Below, one piece after another: positions 30,254-39,764 of a stretch of 64,000 nucleotides of DNA. Location: contig OZ255842.1 in assembly GCA_965277805.1 (NCBI GenBank), positions 2,816,001 through 2,880,000 on the forward strand. The letters run 5' to 3'. Source of the DNA: Candidatus Lustribacter sp. (lineage in GTDB: Bacteria > Vulcanimicrobiota > Vulcanimicrobiia > Vulcanimicrobiales > Vulcanimicrobiaceae). A program made the translations under genes and the position numbers. The notes below the pieces were generated by a model. The model had not been told where the DNA came from. It searched no databases and saw nothing but the letters and a program-made list of their open reading frames with translations. Positions within the stretch are counted from its first letter, which is position 1. Each line of letters opens with the position of its first letter.

Positions 30254-31567
30254 ATGCTGGACCTCAACCTTTTGCGCAGCGATCCCGAGCGCGTCCGTAT
30301 CTCGGCGCGCCGGCGCGGCCAAAGCGACGCTTTCGTCGATCGCATCCTCGAACTCGACGCCGAGCGCCGCGCCGCGCTCACCAGCGCCGAAGGCCTCAAA
30401 GCTGAGAAGAATGCGCTGACGGCCTCGATCTCCAAAGCTGCCGATCGCGCCGCCGAGGCCGCGCGGCTCAAGCCGGAAATCGCGGCGCTCGACGCGCGCA
30501 TCGCGGCAGCGGCCGAAAAGCTGCCGGACTTCGACGAACGGATGAACGCCTTGCTGAGCGAGGTTCCCAACGTGCTCGACCCGACCGTGCCCGACGGCAC
30601 GGGCGAAGAGCAAAACGCGCTCGTGCGCAAGTGGGGCACCCCGCAAACGTTTGCGTTCGAACCCAAGCCGCATTGGGAGATCGCCGAAGCGCTGGGGATT
30701 CTCGACACCGAACGCGCGGCGAAGATCTCCGGCAGCCGGTTTGCGATCCTGCGCGGCCCGGGGGCGCGGCTCTCGCGCGCGATCGCGGCCTTCTTCCTCG
30801 ATCGCGCCGCCCGCGCCGGCTATCTCGAAATCGAGCCGCCGGTGCTCGTGACGAAGTCGACGATGTGGTCGACCGGCCAATTGACGAAGTTCGCCGATGC
30901 GATGTTCAGCGATCCGACGGTGGATCTGTTCCTGATTCCGACGGCCGAAGTGCCGCTGACCGCAATGCATCGCGACGAGATCCTCAGCGCCGACGCGCTG
31001 CCGCTGCAGTACGCCGCGCACACGCCGTGTTTTCGCAAAGAAGCCGGCGCCGCCGGCAAAGACACGCGCGGCTTGATCCGCCAGCACCAGTTCGAGAAAG
31101 TCGAACTCGTGTGGTTGACGCAGCCGGAGCGTTCGTTCGACGACCTCGAAGGGCTCACGGCGCACGCATCGTCGCTGCTCGCCGAGCTCGGCCTCGCCCA
31201 TCGCGTGATGCTGCTGTGCGCGGGCGACACGGGCTTCAATTCTGCGAAGACGTACGATCTGGAAGTCTGGCTGCCCAGCGGCGGCGGTGTGTTTCGCGAG
31301 ATCAGCTCGTGTTCGAACTGCACCGATTTTCAAGCGCGGCGCTCGGCGATTCGTTTCCGGCGCGACGCGAAGGCGAAGCCCGAGTTCGTGCACACGCTCA
31401 ACGGCTCAGGTTTGGCGATTGGGCGCACGCTCGTCGCGATCATCGAGAACTACCAGCGCGCCGACGGCGGTATCGACATCCCGCCCGCATTGCAGCCGTT
31501 TGCCGGCTTCACGTCGATCGAGCCCGGCGGCGGCACGCGCGGAGAACCCCCGTCGACGCCGCGGTAA
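30254..31567 (+). CDS. serS: Seryl-tRNA synthetase
   Basis: LIPTAEVPLT, CFRKEAGAAGKDTRGLIRQHQFEKVE, EISSCSNC.DFQARR, HTLNGSGLA. Confidence 0.97.
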   Translation: MLDLNLLRSDPERVRISARRRGQSDAFVDRILELDAERRAALTSAEGLKAEKNALTASISKAADRAAEAARLKPEIAALDARIAAAAEKLPDFDERMNALLSEVPNVLDPTVPDGTGEEQNALVRKWGTPQTFAFEPKPHWEIAEALGILDTERAAKISGSRFAILRGPGARLSRAIAAFFLDRAARAGYLEIEPPVLVTKSTMWSTGQLTKFADAMFSDPTVDLFLIPTAEVPLTAMHRDEILSADALPLQYAAHTPCFRKEAGAAGKDTRGLIRQHQFEKVELVWLTQPERSFDDLEGLTAHASSLLAELGLAHRVMLLCAGDTGFNSAKTYDLEVWLPSGGGVFREISSCSNCTDFQARRSAIRFRRDAKAKPEFVHTLNGSGLAIGRTLVAIIENYQRADGGIDIPPALQPFAGFTSIEPGGGTRGEPPSTPR

Positions 31568-32550
31568 TCGTCTACGCCGCGCGGCTCTTGCAGGCCGGCG
31601 GCGTGGTCGCACTTCCCACGGAGACGGTCTACGGTCTCGCGGCCGACGTGACGAACGCGGCCGCCGTGCGCCGCATCTACGCGATCAAAGGCCGGCCGCT
31701 CGATCACCCGTTGATCGTGCACTTGCCGGGCGCGGAGCTGCTCGAACGGTACGCCGTCGACGTACCGGACGCGGCGCACAAACTCGCCGCGGCGTTCTGG
31801 CCGGGGCCGCTGACGATCGTGCTGCGTAAGGCGGAGGAAGTTCCGTTCTATGTCACGGGCGGACAATCGACGGTCGCGCTGCGCACGATCGATCATCCGC
31901 TCACGCGCGCCATTCTCGCGCGCTTCGGCAGCGCAGTTGCGGCGCCGTCGGCGAATCGCTTCGGACGCGTCAGCCCGACCACCGCCGAACACGTGCACGC
32001 CGATCTCGGTGACGACGTCGATCTGATCGTCGACGGCGGCCCGGCCCGCATCGGCGTCGAGTCGACGATCGTCGATCTCACCGGCAGCGTGCCCACGATT
32101 TTACGTCACGGGGCGATCGGCGCAACCGAACTCGCCGTCGCGCTCGGCACGCCGGTTGCAGATCAGCCCGGGAGTGCCTCGACGGTGCGCGCGCCGGGCA
32201 TGCTCGCCGCGCACTACGCGCCGCGAGCGGCGCTCGTGCTCGCGGAAGACGGCGCCGCCGCCGCGACCGCCGCGCAACTGCGCGCGAGCGGCGGCCACGT
32301 CGCCGAGCTCACGCTCCCGGAAGATCCAAGTGCCGCCGCGCGTTCGCTCTACGCGTCGCTGCGCGCGCTCGATGCCGAGGGCTACGACACGATCGTAGTC
32401 ACGGTGCCCTCCGATATCGAAGCGAACGCCGCCGTGCGCGACCGTCTGCGCCGCGCCGCAACGCCGGCGCTCACGATCGCGGAAGTGCGGCAGTCTTGGC
32501 CGCAAGCCTCCGCACCGAGTCGTCGATTGCGTACGCCTCGAGATCAGTAA
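31567..32550 (+). CDS. sua5: Threonylcarbamoyl-AMP synthase (Sua5 type); probable ATC start coupled to the serS stop
   Basis: LPTETVYGL, KGRP..PLIVH, FWPGPLT, APSAN, APGM..HYAP. Confidence 0.92.
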   Translation: MVYAARLLQAGGVVALPTETVYGLAADVTNAAAVRRIYAIKGRPLDHPLIVHLPGAELLERYAVDVPDAAHKLAAAFWPGPLTIVLRKAEEVPFYVTGGQSTVALRTIDHPLTRAILARFGSAVAAPSANRFGRVSPTTAEHVHADLGDDVDLIVDGGPARIGVESTIVDLTGSVPTILRHGAIGATELAVALGTPVADQPGSASTVRAPGMLAAHYAPRAALVLAEDGAAAATAAQLRASGGHVAELTLPEDPSAAARSLYASLRALDAEGYDTIVVTVPSDIEANAAVRDRLRRAATPALTIAEVRQSWPQASAPSRRLRTPRDQ

Positions 32551-33028
32551 GCGCGATCCAGCGCACGTCGTGCGATTCTTCGTTGCGTACCAGCGGTTCG
32601 CGCGGATCCGCTTCGAGCGCGAAACGCAGATCGTAGTGATCGTGCGCGGGTTCGCCGCCCCGGGCCGGGATGGCGTGAACGTCGATGTCGTAGATGTCGT
32701 CGGTGATCGCCCGCAACGTGCGCAAGCCCGATTCCTCGCGCGCTTCGCGCAAGGCCGAACGGCGCACGTCGGGATCGCCGTCGACGTGCCCGCCGAGCTG
32801 CAGCCAGCGTTCGAGTTTGCGATGGTGCAGCAACACCGCGTGCGCGCGTTGCGGATCGACGATCCAGGCCGACGCCGTAACGTGACCCGGTACCAGCGCC
32901 CGATCGAACGCACGGGCGCCGTGCATTTCAAGAAACGCGACGAGCCGGTCGCGCATCGCTCGCTCGCGATCGTCGATCGGACGGTATCCGCGCACATCGT
33001 CCAGGAGTTCGCTCGCGGGGTTAAACAT
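32471..33028 (-). CDS. NUDIX hydrolase
   Basis: HVTASAW, HRKL..WLQLGGH.DG, ALREAREESG. Confidence 0.9.
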   Translation of the reverse strand: MFNPASELLDDVRGYRPIDDRERAMRDRLVAFLEMHGARAFDRALVPGHVTASAWIVDPQRAHAVLLHHRKLERWLQLGGHVDGDPDVRRSALREAREESGLRTLRAITDDIYDIDVHAIPARGGEPAHDHYDLRFALEADPREPLVRNEESHDVRWIALTDLEAYAIDDSVRRLAAKTAALPRS

Positions 33029-33038
33029 TAGGACCGGA

Positions 33039-34028
33039 ATGTTTCATCCATTGCCGGCCTCGATCCCGCGCGCTCGCGTGGCCGATATCGCCGTGTTTGC
33101 GCCGGCCGGCCGTCTCACCAACGCGGATCTCGCGAAGATGGTCGAGACGAGCGATGAATGGATCGTGCAACGCACCGGAATTCACGAACGCAGTATCGCC
33201 GACGGCAATCAATACGCCAGCGACTTGTGTCTGGAAGCCGTCCGCCGTCTCCGCGATCGCGTCGGCTCGCTCGACCGCGTGGACACCGTGATCGCGGCGA
33301 CCTCGACGGCCGACTACGTCTTCCCGAGCCTCGCCGCGCAAGTGCAGTTCGGCGCGAACTTGCCGCACGCCGGCGCATTCGACGTCGGCGCCGCGTGCGC
33401 GGGCTTTCCTTACGCAATCAACATCGCGAGCGCGCTCGTGGCCTCGGGACAGGCGCGCGAAGTGCTGGTCGTCGGCGGCGAAGTGATGACCAAAGCACTC
33501 GACTACACCGATCGCTCGACGTGCATTCTCTTCGGCGACGGCGCGGGCGCGGCGCTGGTGGTTCCGGCCGACGAGCAATCTTACATCGAGCGCTGCACCT
33601 ACGCGTGCGACGGCGAAGGCGGCAAGTATCTCTACCGCACCAACATCCGTCACGAGATCGCCGGAAAGGAAGACGACACCGGACTCTTACGGCAGTCCGG
33701 CTCCGATGTGTATAAGTGGGCGGTCCGGCGAATCTCAGAGGCGATCCGCGACATGCTCGCCGCGGAGAACCTGACGCCCGGCGACATCGATTGGTTCGTT
33801 CCGCATAGCGCGAACTTGCGGATCGTCGAGGCGCTCTGCGCCCGAACAGGAATCGCTCGCGAGCGTACGCTCACGAGCATCGAACACTACGGCAACACGT
33901 CGACCGCTTCGATTCCGCTGGCACTGATGCCGGCGATCGAAGACGGCCGCATCAAACGCGGAGACCGCCTCCTCCTCTATGGGTTCGGAGGCGGTCTCGT
34001 CCACGCCGGCACGCTATTGCGCTGGTAG
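33039..34028 (+). CDS. fabH: 3-oxoacyl-ACP synthase III
   Basis: AACAGF, LFGDGAGA, PHSANLRI, GNTSTASIP. Confidence 0.93.
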   Translation: MFHPLPASIPRARVADIAVFAPAGRLTNADLAKMVETSDEWIVQRTGIHERSIADGNQYASDLCLEAVRRLRDRVGSLDRVDTVIAATSTADYVFPSLAAQVQFGANLPHAGAFDVGAACAGFPYAINIASALVASGQAREVLVVGGEVMTKALDYTDRSTCILFGDGAGAALVVPADEQSYIERCTYACDGEGGKYLYRTNIRHEIAGKEDDTGLLRQSGSDVYKWAVRRISEAIRDMLAAENLTPGDIDWFVPHSANLRIVEALCARTGIARERTLTSIEHYGNTSTASIPLALMPAIEDGRIKRGDRLLLYGFGGGLVHAGTLLRW

Positions 34029-34029
34029 A

Positions 34030-34374
34030 TTACTCGACTTTTTTGACGCTGTTGTTCTGACGAAGCAGCAGGATGCGGTCGGCATGGCGCTGGCCGAGGA
34101 ACTTCTGGTCGTAGTAGACCTTGACGTACTGACCGGCTTTGATGGCGCGCATCTGGTACGTGGTCTTGCCATCGCCCGAGAAGACTTGGTCGAACTTCGG
34201 CAAGATCATGAAGCTGAGCTGTTTGCCCGTTCCGTCGGTGATCTTGATGTTATTGTCCGACACGTGGTTTACGATGCCGGAAACGTTCGCCGAACCGACC
34301 TTTGCGGCGCTGGCCGGAGCGGCCAGGAAGCTTCCCAGGAAGAGGCTGAGCATCAATAATGACAGTTTTTTCAT
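34030..34374 (-). CDS. Small exported protein, possible OB-fold (DUF5666-like)
   Basis: Signal peptide; G.V..VS...I.I..., IKAGQYVKVYY, A.RI pattern. Confidence 0.65.
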   Translation of the reverse strand: MKKLSLLMLSLFLGSFLAAPASAAKVGSANVSGIVNHVSDNNIKITDGTGKQLSFMILPKFDQVFSGDGKTTYQMRAIKAGQYVKVYYDQKFLGQRHADRILLLRQNNSVKKVE

Positions 34375-34582
34375 ACAGACGACTTTCCGCGCAATTGCGC
34401 CCCGATGAGTAGACAAGCATCCTCGTACCCACCTCGCCTGAAAATCAACCGCCCCGGTCCCCTGCCCCCGGCCGGGCACTCCGCGGGGGCGGCGGCGGGT
34501 GCGAATTGCTTAGCAAAAAACTTAGTTTTTTCTTCGTGATTTTCTAGCGAAACAAAGCGAATTGCGCGTGCGTAAACCGTGC

Positions 34583-34945
34583 ATGCTAGAACGCAAACAA
34601 TTTCTCGCCCTCGCTGCCGGTGCCGCGCTCACACTCGCAACCGTTGCGCCGGCCTTCGCAGCCGGCGGTCAAACCGGCGCCATTCGCGGAACGATCGTCG
34701 ATGGGAGCAACGTCGCGCTCGCGGGCGCCGATGTCCAGCTCCAAGGGCCGAACGGGCGTTACACGGCTCACACCGACTCGCGCGGGAAGTTCTCGCTCAT
34801 CGGCGTGCTGGCCGATACGTACACGCTGACGGTGCGGAAAGACGGCACCGTGCGCATCAGTCAGCCCGGCGTCGGCGTCTCCGGTGACGGCACGGTCGAC
34901 CTCGGAACGATCATTGCACCCAACCCTTCAAGTGCTGGATCGTAA
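34583..34945 (+). CDS. Exported single-domain carboxypeptidase-regulatory-like (Cna-B-type) protein
   Basis: G.IRGTIVD....LAGA.V.L...TDSRGKFSL.G...DTYTLTV; Tat-like RKQFL leader. Confidence 0.8.
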   Translation: MLERKQFLALAAGAALTLATVAPAFAAGGQTGAIRGTIVDGSNVALAGADVQLQGPNGRYTAHTDSRGKFSLIGVLADTYTLTVRKDGTVRISQPGVGVSGDGTVDLGTIIAPNPSSAGS

Positions 34946-35471
34946 ACACCAGCGCTAATAGGACCAGCACGGTTCCGGCACCGCGTTCGGCGAGTTGTTC
35001 GTAGCGCTCGCCGAGCAACGTGCCGAACTTCAGCCCGGCCGACGTGAAGATCACCGTGCTGACCGCAACCGTCGCCAGCAGCGGAACGAGCGGGAGCGGG
35101 ACGCCGGGCAGCGACACGCCGATGCCGAGCGAATCCAAGCTGATCGACAGACATGTGGCAATCAGCCCGAGCGGCTTGTCGGTGTTCATGACCGATTCGG
35201 CGTCCTGGAAACTCTCGCGGATGATGAAGATGCCGACGGCGGCGAGAACCGCGAAGCCGGCGTAGTCGGCAATCGCGCCGATGAGGTGTCCGACGCCGCT
35301 GCCGATCGCGTAGCCGGCCAGCTGCATCAGCACTTCGGAGGACGAGAAGGCGATCGCCAACTTCAACCGGTTGCGCCACGGCGTCCGCATGATGCCGATC
35401 GCGATGGAAAGCGCGAGAACGTCGAGACCCACCGCGAACGCGATGCCCAGAATCTTGAGTTCGGCGGCCAT
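34911..35471 (-). CDS. mntP: Manganese efflux pump MntP family
   Basis: AVGLDVLALSIA and SISLDSLGIG repeats, about 6 TMs. Confidence 0.85.
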   Translation of the reverse strand: MAAELKILGIAFAVGLDVLALSIAIGIMRTPWRNRLKLAIAFSSSEVLMQLAGYAIGSGVGHLIGAIADYAGFAVLAAVGIFIIRESFQDAESVMNTDKPLGLIATCLSISLDSLGIGVSLPGVPLPLVPLLATVAVSTVIFTSAGLKFGTLLGERYEQLAERGAGTVLVLLALVFTIQHLKGWVQ

Positions 35472-35530
35472 CGTCACGGAACGGGAGTACCGAACAGGGT
35501 GTGCTTCGTCCTTGCCGTAGTTTTGAAGCC

Positions 35531-36772
35531 TTGCGAAAACTCAAAATGGGTGTCGTCGGCCTCGGACAAGGCGCCGCTCAAGTTCTGCCGACACTCTACA
35601 CGCTGCCCGAAACCCAACTCGTCGCCGGCGCGGATCCGAACGAGCGCATGCGTGCGGGCCTGCTCGAGCGGTTTCCGGGAACGCGCGCTTACGATTCGCT
35701 CGAGGCGCTGTGCAAGGATCCGGAAGTCGAAGCCGTCTGGGTCGCCACGCCGAACCGCTTCCACTGCGAGCATGCGCTGACGGCGATGCGCAGCGGCAAG
35801 CACGTGATCGTCGAGAAGCCGATGGCCGTCACGATCGAGGAAACCGATCGGATGGTGGAGGCCGCGGCAGAGTGCGGCGTGCATCTCGTCGCCGCGCATA
35901 CCTCGAGCTATAGCCTGCCGGTGCGCGCGATGCGCAAGATTGCCGCGGCCGAACTCGGCACCGTACGTTCGGTGCTGATGTGGTCGTACATGGACTGGAT
36001 GCTCCGCGCGCGCACGCCGGAAGAGCTTTCGGCCGAAGCCGGCAGCGGCATCGTGCACCGGCAGGGCCCGCACCAGATCGACGTGCTGCGTTTGCTCGGC
36101 GGCGGCAAACTGCGCAGCGTGCGCGGCACGATGGGCGCGTGGATGCCCGAGCGCACGATCCCCGGCTTCTACTCCGCGTTCTTCGAATTCGAGAACGGCA
36201 CGTCGGCAACGATCACGCTCAACGGCTACGGCTACTTCATGGCGGGCGAAGTGATGCCGGGTCAGCTCGATCACTGGCGCTATAACGATGACGATCGCGT
36301 CGCCCTGCGCAAAGCGATGCGCTCGGGCAGCCGCGATGAGGAAAAGGAAAAGGAAGAATTCCGCATCGGCGGCCGCCGCGATCCGACGGTCAAGGGCGCG
36401 GAGGCGGGGCCGACGCCGTGGGGACCGGTCGACCTCGGCATGCTGATCGTCACGTGCGACCGCGGCGACATGCGCCACTCCGCGCACGGCGTGTACGTCT
36501 ACGGCGATGACGGCAAGAAAGAAGTGAGCCTCGATCACCTGCAACGCGAGGGCTACGCCAACGAAGGCGGCGCAACGCTCGGCGCGGTGATGGAACTCTA
36601 TAACGCCGTCACCACGGGCGAGCCGATCTATCACAGCGGCGCCTGGGGCCGCGCGACGCTCGAGGCCACGCTCGGCATCGTGACGTCTGCGCGCGAACAC
36701 CGCGAAGTGATCCTCGAACGCCAAGTCGCAATGCCGGAAAGCTACGACGCCGGCATGCTGCTGCACGCATAG
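35531..36772 (+). CDS. Gfo/Idh/MocA oxidoreductase resembling phthalate 4,5-cis-dihydrodiol dehydrogenases
   Basis: GVVGLG, ATPN.FH, VEKPM, R.PEEL...GSG....Q..HQID.LRLLGGG. Confidence 0.85.
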   Translation: MRKLKMGVVGLGQGAAQVLPTLYTLPETQLVAGADPNERMRAGLLERFPGTRAYDSLEALCKDPEVEAVWVATPNRFHCEHALTAMRSGKHVIVEKPMAVTIEETDRMVEAAAECGVHLVAAHTSSYSLPVRAMRKIAAAELGTVRSVLMWSYMDWMLRARTPEELSAEAGSGIVHRQGPHQIDVLRLLGGGKLRSVRGTMGAWMPERTIPGFYSAFFEFENGTSATITLNGYGYFMAGEVMPGQLDHWRYNDDDRVALRKAMRSGSRDEEKEKEEFRIGGRRDPTVKGAEAGPTPWGPVDLGMLIVTCDRGDMRHSAHGVYVYGDDGKKEVSLDHLQREGYANEGGATLGAVMELYNAVTTGEPIYHSGAWGRATLEATLGIVTSAREHREVILERQVAMPESYDAGMLLHA

Positions 36773-36792
36773 CAGGAGCAGCTCCGTATTCG

Positions 36793-37080
36793 TTACGCTT
36801 CCCTTGCCGTTTCGATCGCGGCTAACAATCTCTCTCGATTGATCGGTTTCGTAAGATAGGCTCGGACCCCAAGCGCCGCGCTGCCGGCGACGAACGATCT
36901 GTCGGAGGTCGCCGAACAGACGACGATTTTGACTTCGCGGTCCAAACGCTGAAGCGCCTGAATGGCGACGATTCCATTGTGGCCGTCCATCAATATGTCC
37001 ATCGTGACGACGTCGGGCCAATGCTCGGTATATTTCCGGATCTCTTCGGTCGAACCAGCTTCAACCACGTCAGTCGAGTC
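36793..37080 (-). pseudogene. 5'-truncated CheY-like receiver domain
   Basis: PDVVTMDILM, IVVCSA, YLTKP present; beta1 acidic pair and a plausible start missing. Confidence 0.65.
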
Positions 37081-37118
37081 CTTCCATCCATGCGGCCATA
37101 TCTGCCGTCCGGCACCGC

Positions 37119-37350
37119 GTCGTCGAGCGTTTGGCTCAGGACGACCTGGACCGAGGCGAGATCGCCGATGCGTTTGCTTTAGCCGAAGAGCTGCGCGAGG
37201 CCGATAGCGCGAGCGAGGCCGCATACGAGCTGCTCATTCGCGCGTACGTGCGCTCCGGAAACACTGCTGGTGCGCTTCGCGAGTATAGGGCGTACAGCGA
37301 CACCTGATGCAAGACCTCGACGTTGCTCCATCGTTCTCGATAGAGCAAGC
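37119..37350 (+). pseudogene. BTAD (SARP-type activator domain) fragment with frameshift
   Basis: Hand translation VVERLAQDDLDRGEIADAFALAEELREADSASEAAYELLIRAYVRSGNTAGALREYRAYSDT*, continuing LMQDLDVAPS in another frame. Confidence 0.7.
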
Positions 37351-37379
37351 GCCATCAGCGCGCGCCGGAGCGGAGGGGC

Positions 37380-37496
37380 CTAAGCCGCAACGACGGGATC
37401 TACCGGGCGATCCTTCCAGTAGCGCAGCCATCCAAAGACTCCGGCCGCCATGATGATGCCGAAGCCGACGATGGTGGCCGCAAGGGTAGCCGTCAT
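37380..37496 (-). CDS. 38-aa single-TM microprotein (below ORF-track cutoff)
   Basis: MTATLAATIVGFGIIMAAGVFGWLRYWKDRPVDPVVAA; ATGA overlap with an upstream ORF. Confidence 0.45.
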   Translation of the reverse strand: MTATLAATIVGFGIIMAAGVFGWLRYWKDRPVDPVVAA

Positions 37497-37694
37497 TGCT
37501 GCCGCTCGGGCGTGCAAAGCTCGCTGAAGAACGAGAGCAGCGTTCCGCCGACGCACCCGGCCGTGAAGCAGTCATGCCGTTCGCAGTACGCCGCCGTGTG
37601 CCGTGGTGCGCTCGCGCCGGTTGGCTTCGCGGCGGTTCCGCTATGCCGAGCAGTCAGCGCAAGGCGACAGAATATCGGCGGTGATTCCGCGCCG

Positions 37695-37994
37695 TCACTC
37701 GGTTTGAAAATACTCAAGCAATGTCATGGCATAGTGCACCGCACTTTCGCGGTCATGCCGCTCGACGGGCTCATCGAGACACGTCTCTACCGGCTCGCCA
37801 TTCCTACGAAACGTAAACTGCCAGGGCTCGCGTGCAGCCGAGAGCGTGACAGTGAGATCGGCGTAGCGCCATTCAAAGCAATCGTCGCTTACCCAGGCCA
37901 CACCGACCTTTGGCAGCAGGCGCTGCGTCCACTCGGTGACGATCGTGCCGAAGTCCAACGGTGACAGCGCCGGACCCGATTGGCGTTCATCCAT
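37695..37994 (-). CDS. Hypothetical protein
   Basis: 99-aa ORF with globular-looking composition. Confidence 0.45.
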   Translation of the reverse strand: MDERQSGPALSPLDFGTIVTEWTQRLLPKVGVAWVSDDCFEWRYADLTVTLSAAREPWQFTFRRNGEPVETCLDEPVERHDRESAVHYAMTLLEYFQTE

Positions 37995-38158
37995 CGGACC
38001 CGCTGCGCGCCATCTTCCATCCGGCCAGCAGGACGCCGATTGTCGTCGCGATCCCCGCAATCCAGGCATACGGATCGGTGGGGTAGCGCCTGACTTCGAG
38101 CCACCCGAACACGGTGCCGATAGCAAACACGCCGACGAGCCACGGCCACGCCCGGCTG

Positions 38159-38383
38159 TTAGCTGTGATCCGGTTTGCCCTGCCGCGTGACCGGGCTTTC
38201 GACGATCAGCACGCCCTTGGCATCCGCGCTAATCACATGCCCGTCTTGGCGAAGCTCGCCGAGGATAATGGCGGGCCCGTTGGTGTGGTCAATCGCCTCG
38301 ATCTGTACCGGCTCCGTTATCCCGTTATAGCCGCGCTCGTTGTCAGCAAAGCTGTCTTCGTTCGCATCGTGGTCGGGGTCCAT
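38159..38383 (-). CDS. Small acidic hypothetical protein
   Basis: 74 aa from ATG; GGGAGA upstream. Confidence 0.4.
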   Translation of the reverse strand: MDPDHDANEDSFADNERGYNGITEPVQIEAIDHTNGPAIILGELRQDGHVISADAKGVLIVESPVTRQGKPDHS

Positions 38384-38682
38384 AAGCGTTGCCTGCGATC
38401 TCCCGCTGGGGGGTAAAGCCAAAATCAATTCTTGCTTTATTCCCCGCGTCACTTCGCGCAAACCACTGCCCTTAAGTGGGAGCGGTCGAAAGATGGGGAC
38501 ATTTAGGCCGCCATCGCGTACTACGCTGCCACAAGCAAGAAACAATCCGGCCATTACTCAAGCATCCCGTGGTCCCGACCCGTGAACCCGTATGGTCCCA
38601 GCGCACGCTAACTGTCAGACGAGAGGCATCCGCTTCCGATGTACTGCATAAAACGCATTCATCGCGCGCCACGAGGGTTGCT

Positions 38683-38898
38683 ATGCTTCGAGACCTTCAC
38701 GCTTTGCGTTTGGCGCTGCCCGGCACGCCGCGCTTTGGCATAACCCAGAGTTCGAGTGACGGGAAGTCCTTCGCGTATAATTGGCCGTGCGGCTGTTCTG
38801 CTCACGGGCCGGACGATCATGCGATGAACGTCGTTTGCTGCGGTTCGCATGCCGATTTGCTCGCAGCTACATCGGCGGCGAAAACGCGCGACACGTGA
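38683..38898 (+). CDS. Small Cys/His-rich hypothetical protein
   Basis: GAGGG RBS; WPCGC...CC..H cluster. Confidence 0.5.
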   Translation: MLRDLHALRLALPGTPRFGITQSSSDGKSFAYNWPCGCSAHGPDDHAMNVVCCGSHADLLAATSAAKTRDT

Positions 38899-39018
38899 TG
38901 CCGGATCGCGCCGCGCCCCATCACTTCGCCGCTCGCGCTCCCTCGGGACCTCGCTAAGATCGCGTTACAAATGGCCCTCCGTCACACTTGTACGGCGGGC
39001 ACCGCGCTAGACTGGGCC

Positions 39019-39243
39019 ATGACCAAAGGGCCCGCGCGCTGGGTCCGGGGGGCTTCCGGCCGCGCCCATCTCGACCTCGGTGAACGATCAACAGAATCGC
39101 TCCGCGTGCAGGCCGACCGCGTCATCGTCACCGCCTGCCGCGCGCATCTCGCTGAAGCCGCGGCCGAAGTCGTCGCCGACACCTTCGCGCCCAAGTGCTC
39201 GAACTGCGTACGCTTCGCCCGCACACTCACGCCGCAATTGTGA
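39019..39243 (+). CDS. Small putative zinc-finger protein
   Basis: RAH...TAC...CSNC (H/C/CxxC) ligand pattern. Confidence 0.5.
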   Translation: MTKGPARWVRGASGRAHLDLGERSTESLRVQADRVIVTACRAHLAEAAAEVVADTFAPKCSNCVRFARTLTPQL

Positions 39244-39467
39244 GAGCCCACCGCTTCGCCCCCTCAGCAGAACCCGACCAAGACACAACGATCCCAAAGC
39301 GAGATAACCCAAAAGGGTGATGCCCTGAGCCGCAGCACGCCAACGAGCGAAACAATCGAAAAAGAGAACAACTGGCGAAGGCCGCAATTGAATCGCCAGC
39401 GCCGACTCAATCCAACGGCGCGAGGCAAATGCTTCACCACTGAAGCGCCAAGCTCGCGCGCTGCCGA

Positions 39468-39671
39468 GTCAAATGCTTCACTCTGTACGCCGCACGCGCG
39501 CAGACTTCAGAACAGCAAAAGGCGCCGTCACCACCTGCGCTTATCGAGATGCTGCTCGCCGATGGTGTTGATGCCGTGCTCGTTCCTGCATGGGGTCGCC
39601 TTGCACGCAATGTCATGCTCGATGGACCGAATGGCAACCGCGGGCGAATAAAGGCCGATTTTCCCTCGTAA
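39468..39671 (+). pseudogene. Serine recombinase (resolvase catalytic domain) remnant
   Basis: Hand translation LYAARAQTSEQ...PALIEMLLADGVDAVLVPAWGRLARNV echoes YARVST.EQ and RPAL..ML...DAVLV..LDRLARN. Confidence 0.5.
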
Positions 39672-39677
39672 ATCCCG

Positions 39678-39764
39678 AGGAGAGAGTGGGATTCGAACCC
39701 ACGGAGCCCGTGAAGGCTCTGCAGTTTTCAAGACTGCTGCATTAAACCGCTCTGCCATCTCTCC
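39678..39764 (-). tRNA. tRNA-Ser(UGA), CCA not encoded
   Basis: GGAGAGA/TCTCTCC acceptor stem, GCAGT-CTTGAAA-ACTGC anticodon arm, long variable arm, GTTCGAATCC T-loop. Confidence 0.97.

Larger units (their letters stand above)
36790..39677. mobile_element. Decayed genomic island at the tRNA-Ser 3' end
   Basis: Low coding density, visibly more AT-rich, pseudogene fragments, recombinase remnant next to the tRNA; boundaries approximate, no att repeat seen. Confidence 0.5.

Noticed and set aside
30631-31566. 639-aa ORF extension of Sua5
   Set aside because: An alternative frame inside serS with Arg-rich, non-protein-like composition.
34505-34532. AT-rich dyads TTGCTTAGCAA and AAAAAACTTAGTTTTTT
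   Set aside because: Could be operators, but they are short and low-complexity, with no assignable regulator.
39676-39678. U discriminator and missing CCA in tRNA-Ser as an integration scar
   Set aside because: U73 occurs in some tRNA-Ser(UGA) genes and CCA is often added post-transcriptionally; no duplicated 3' end was seen.
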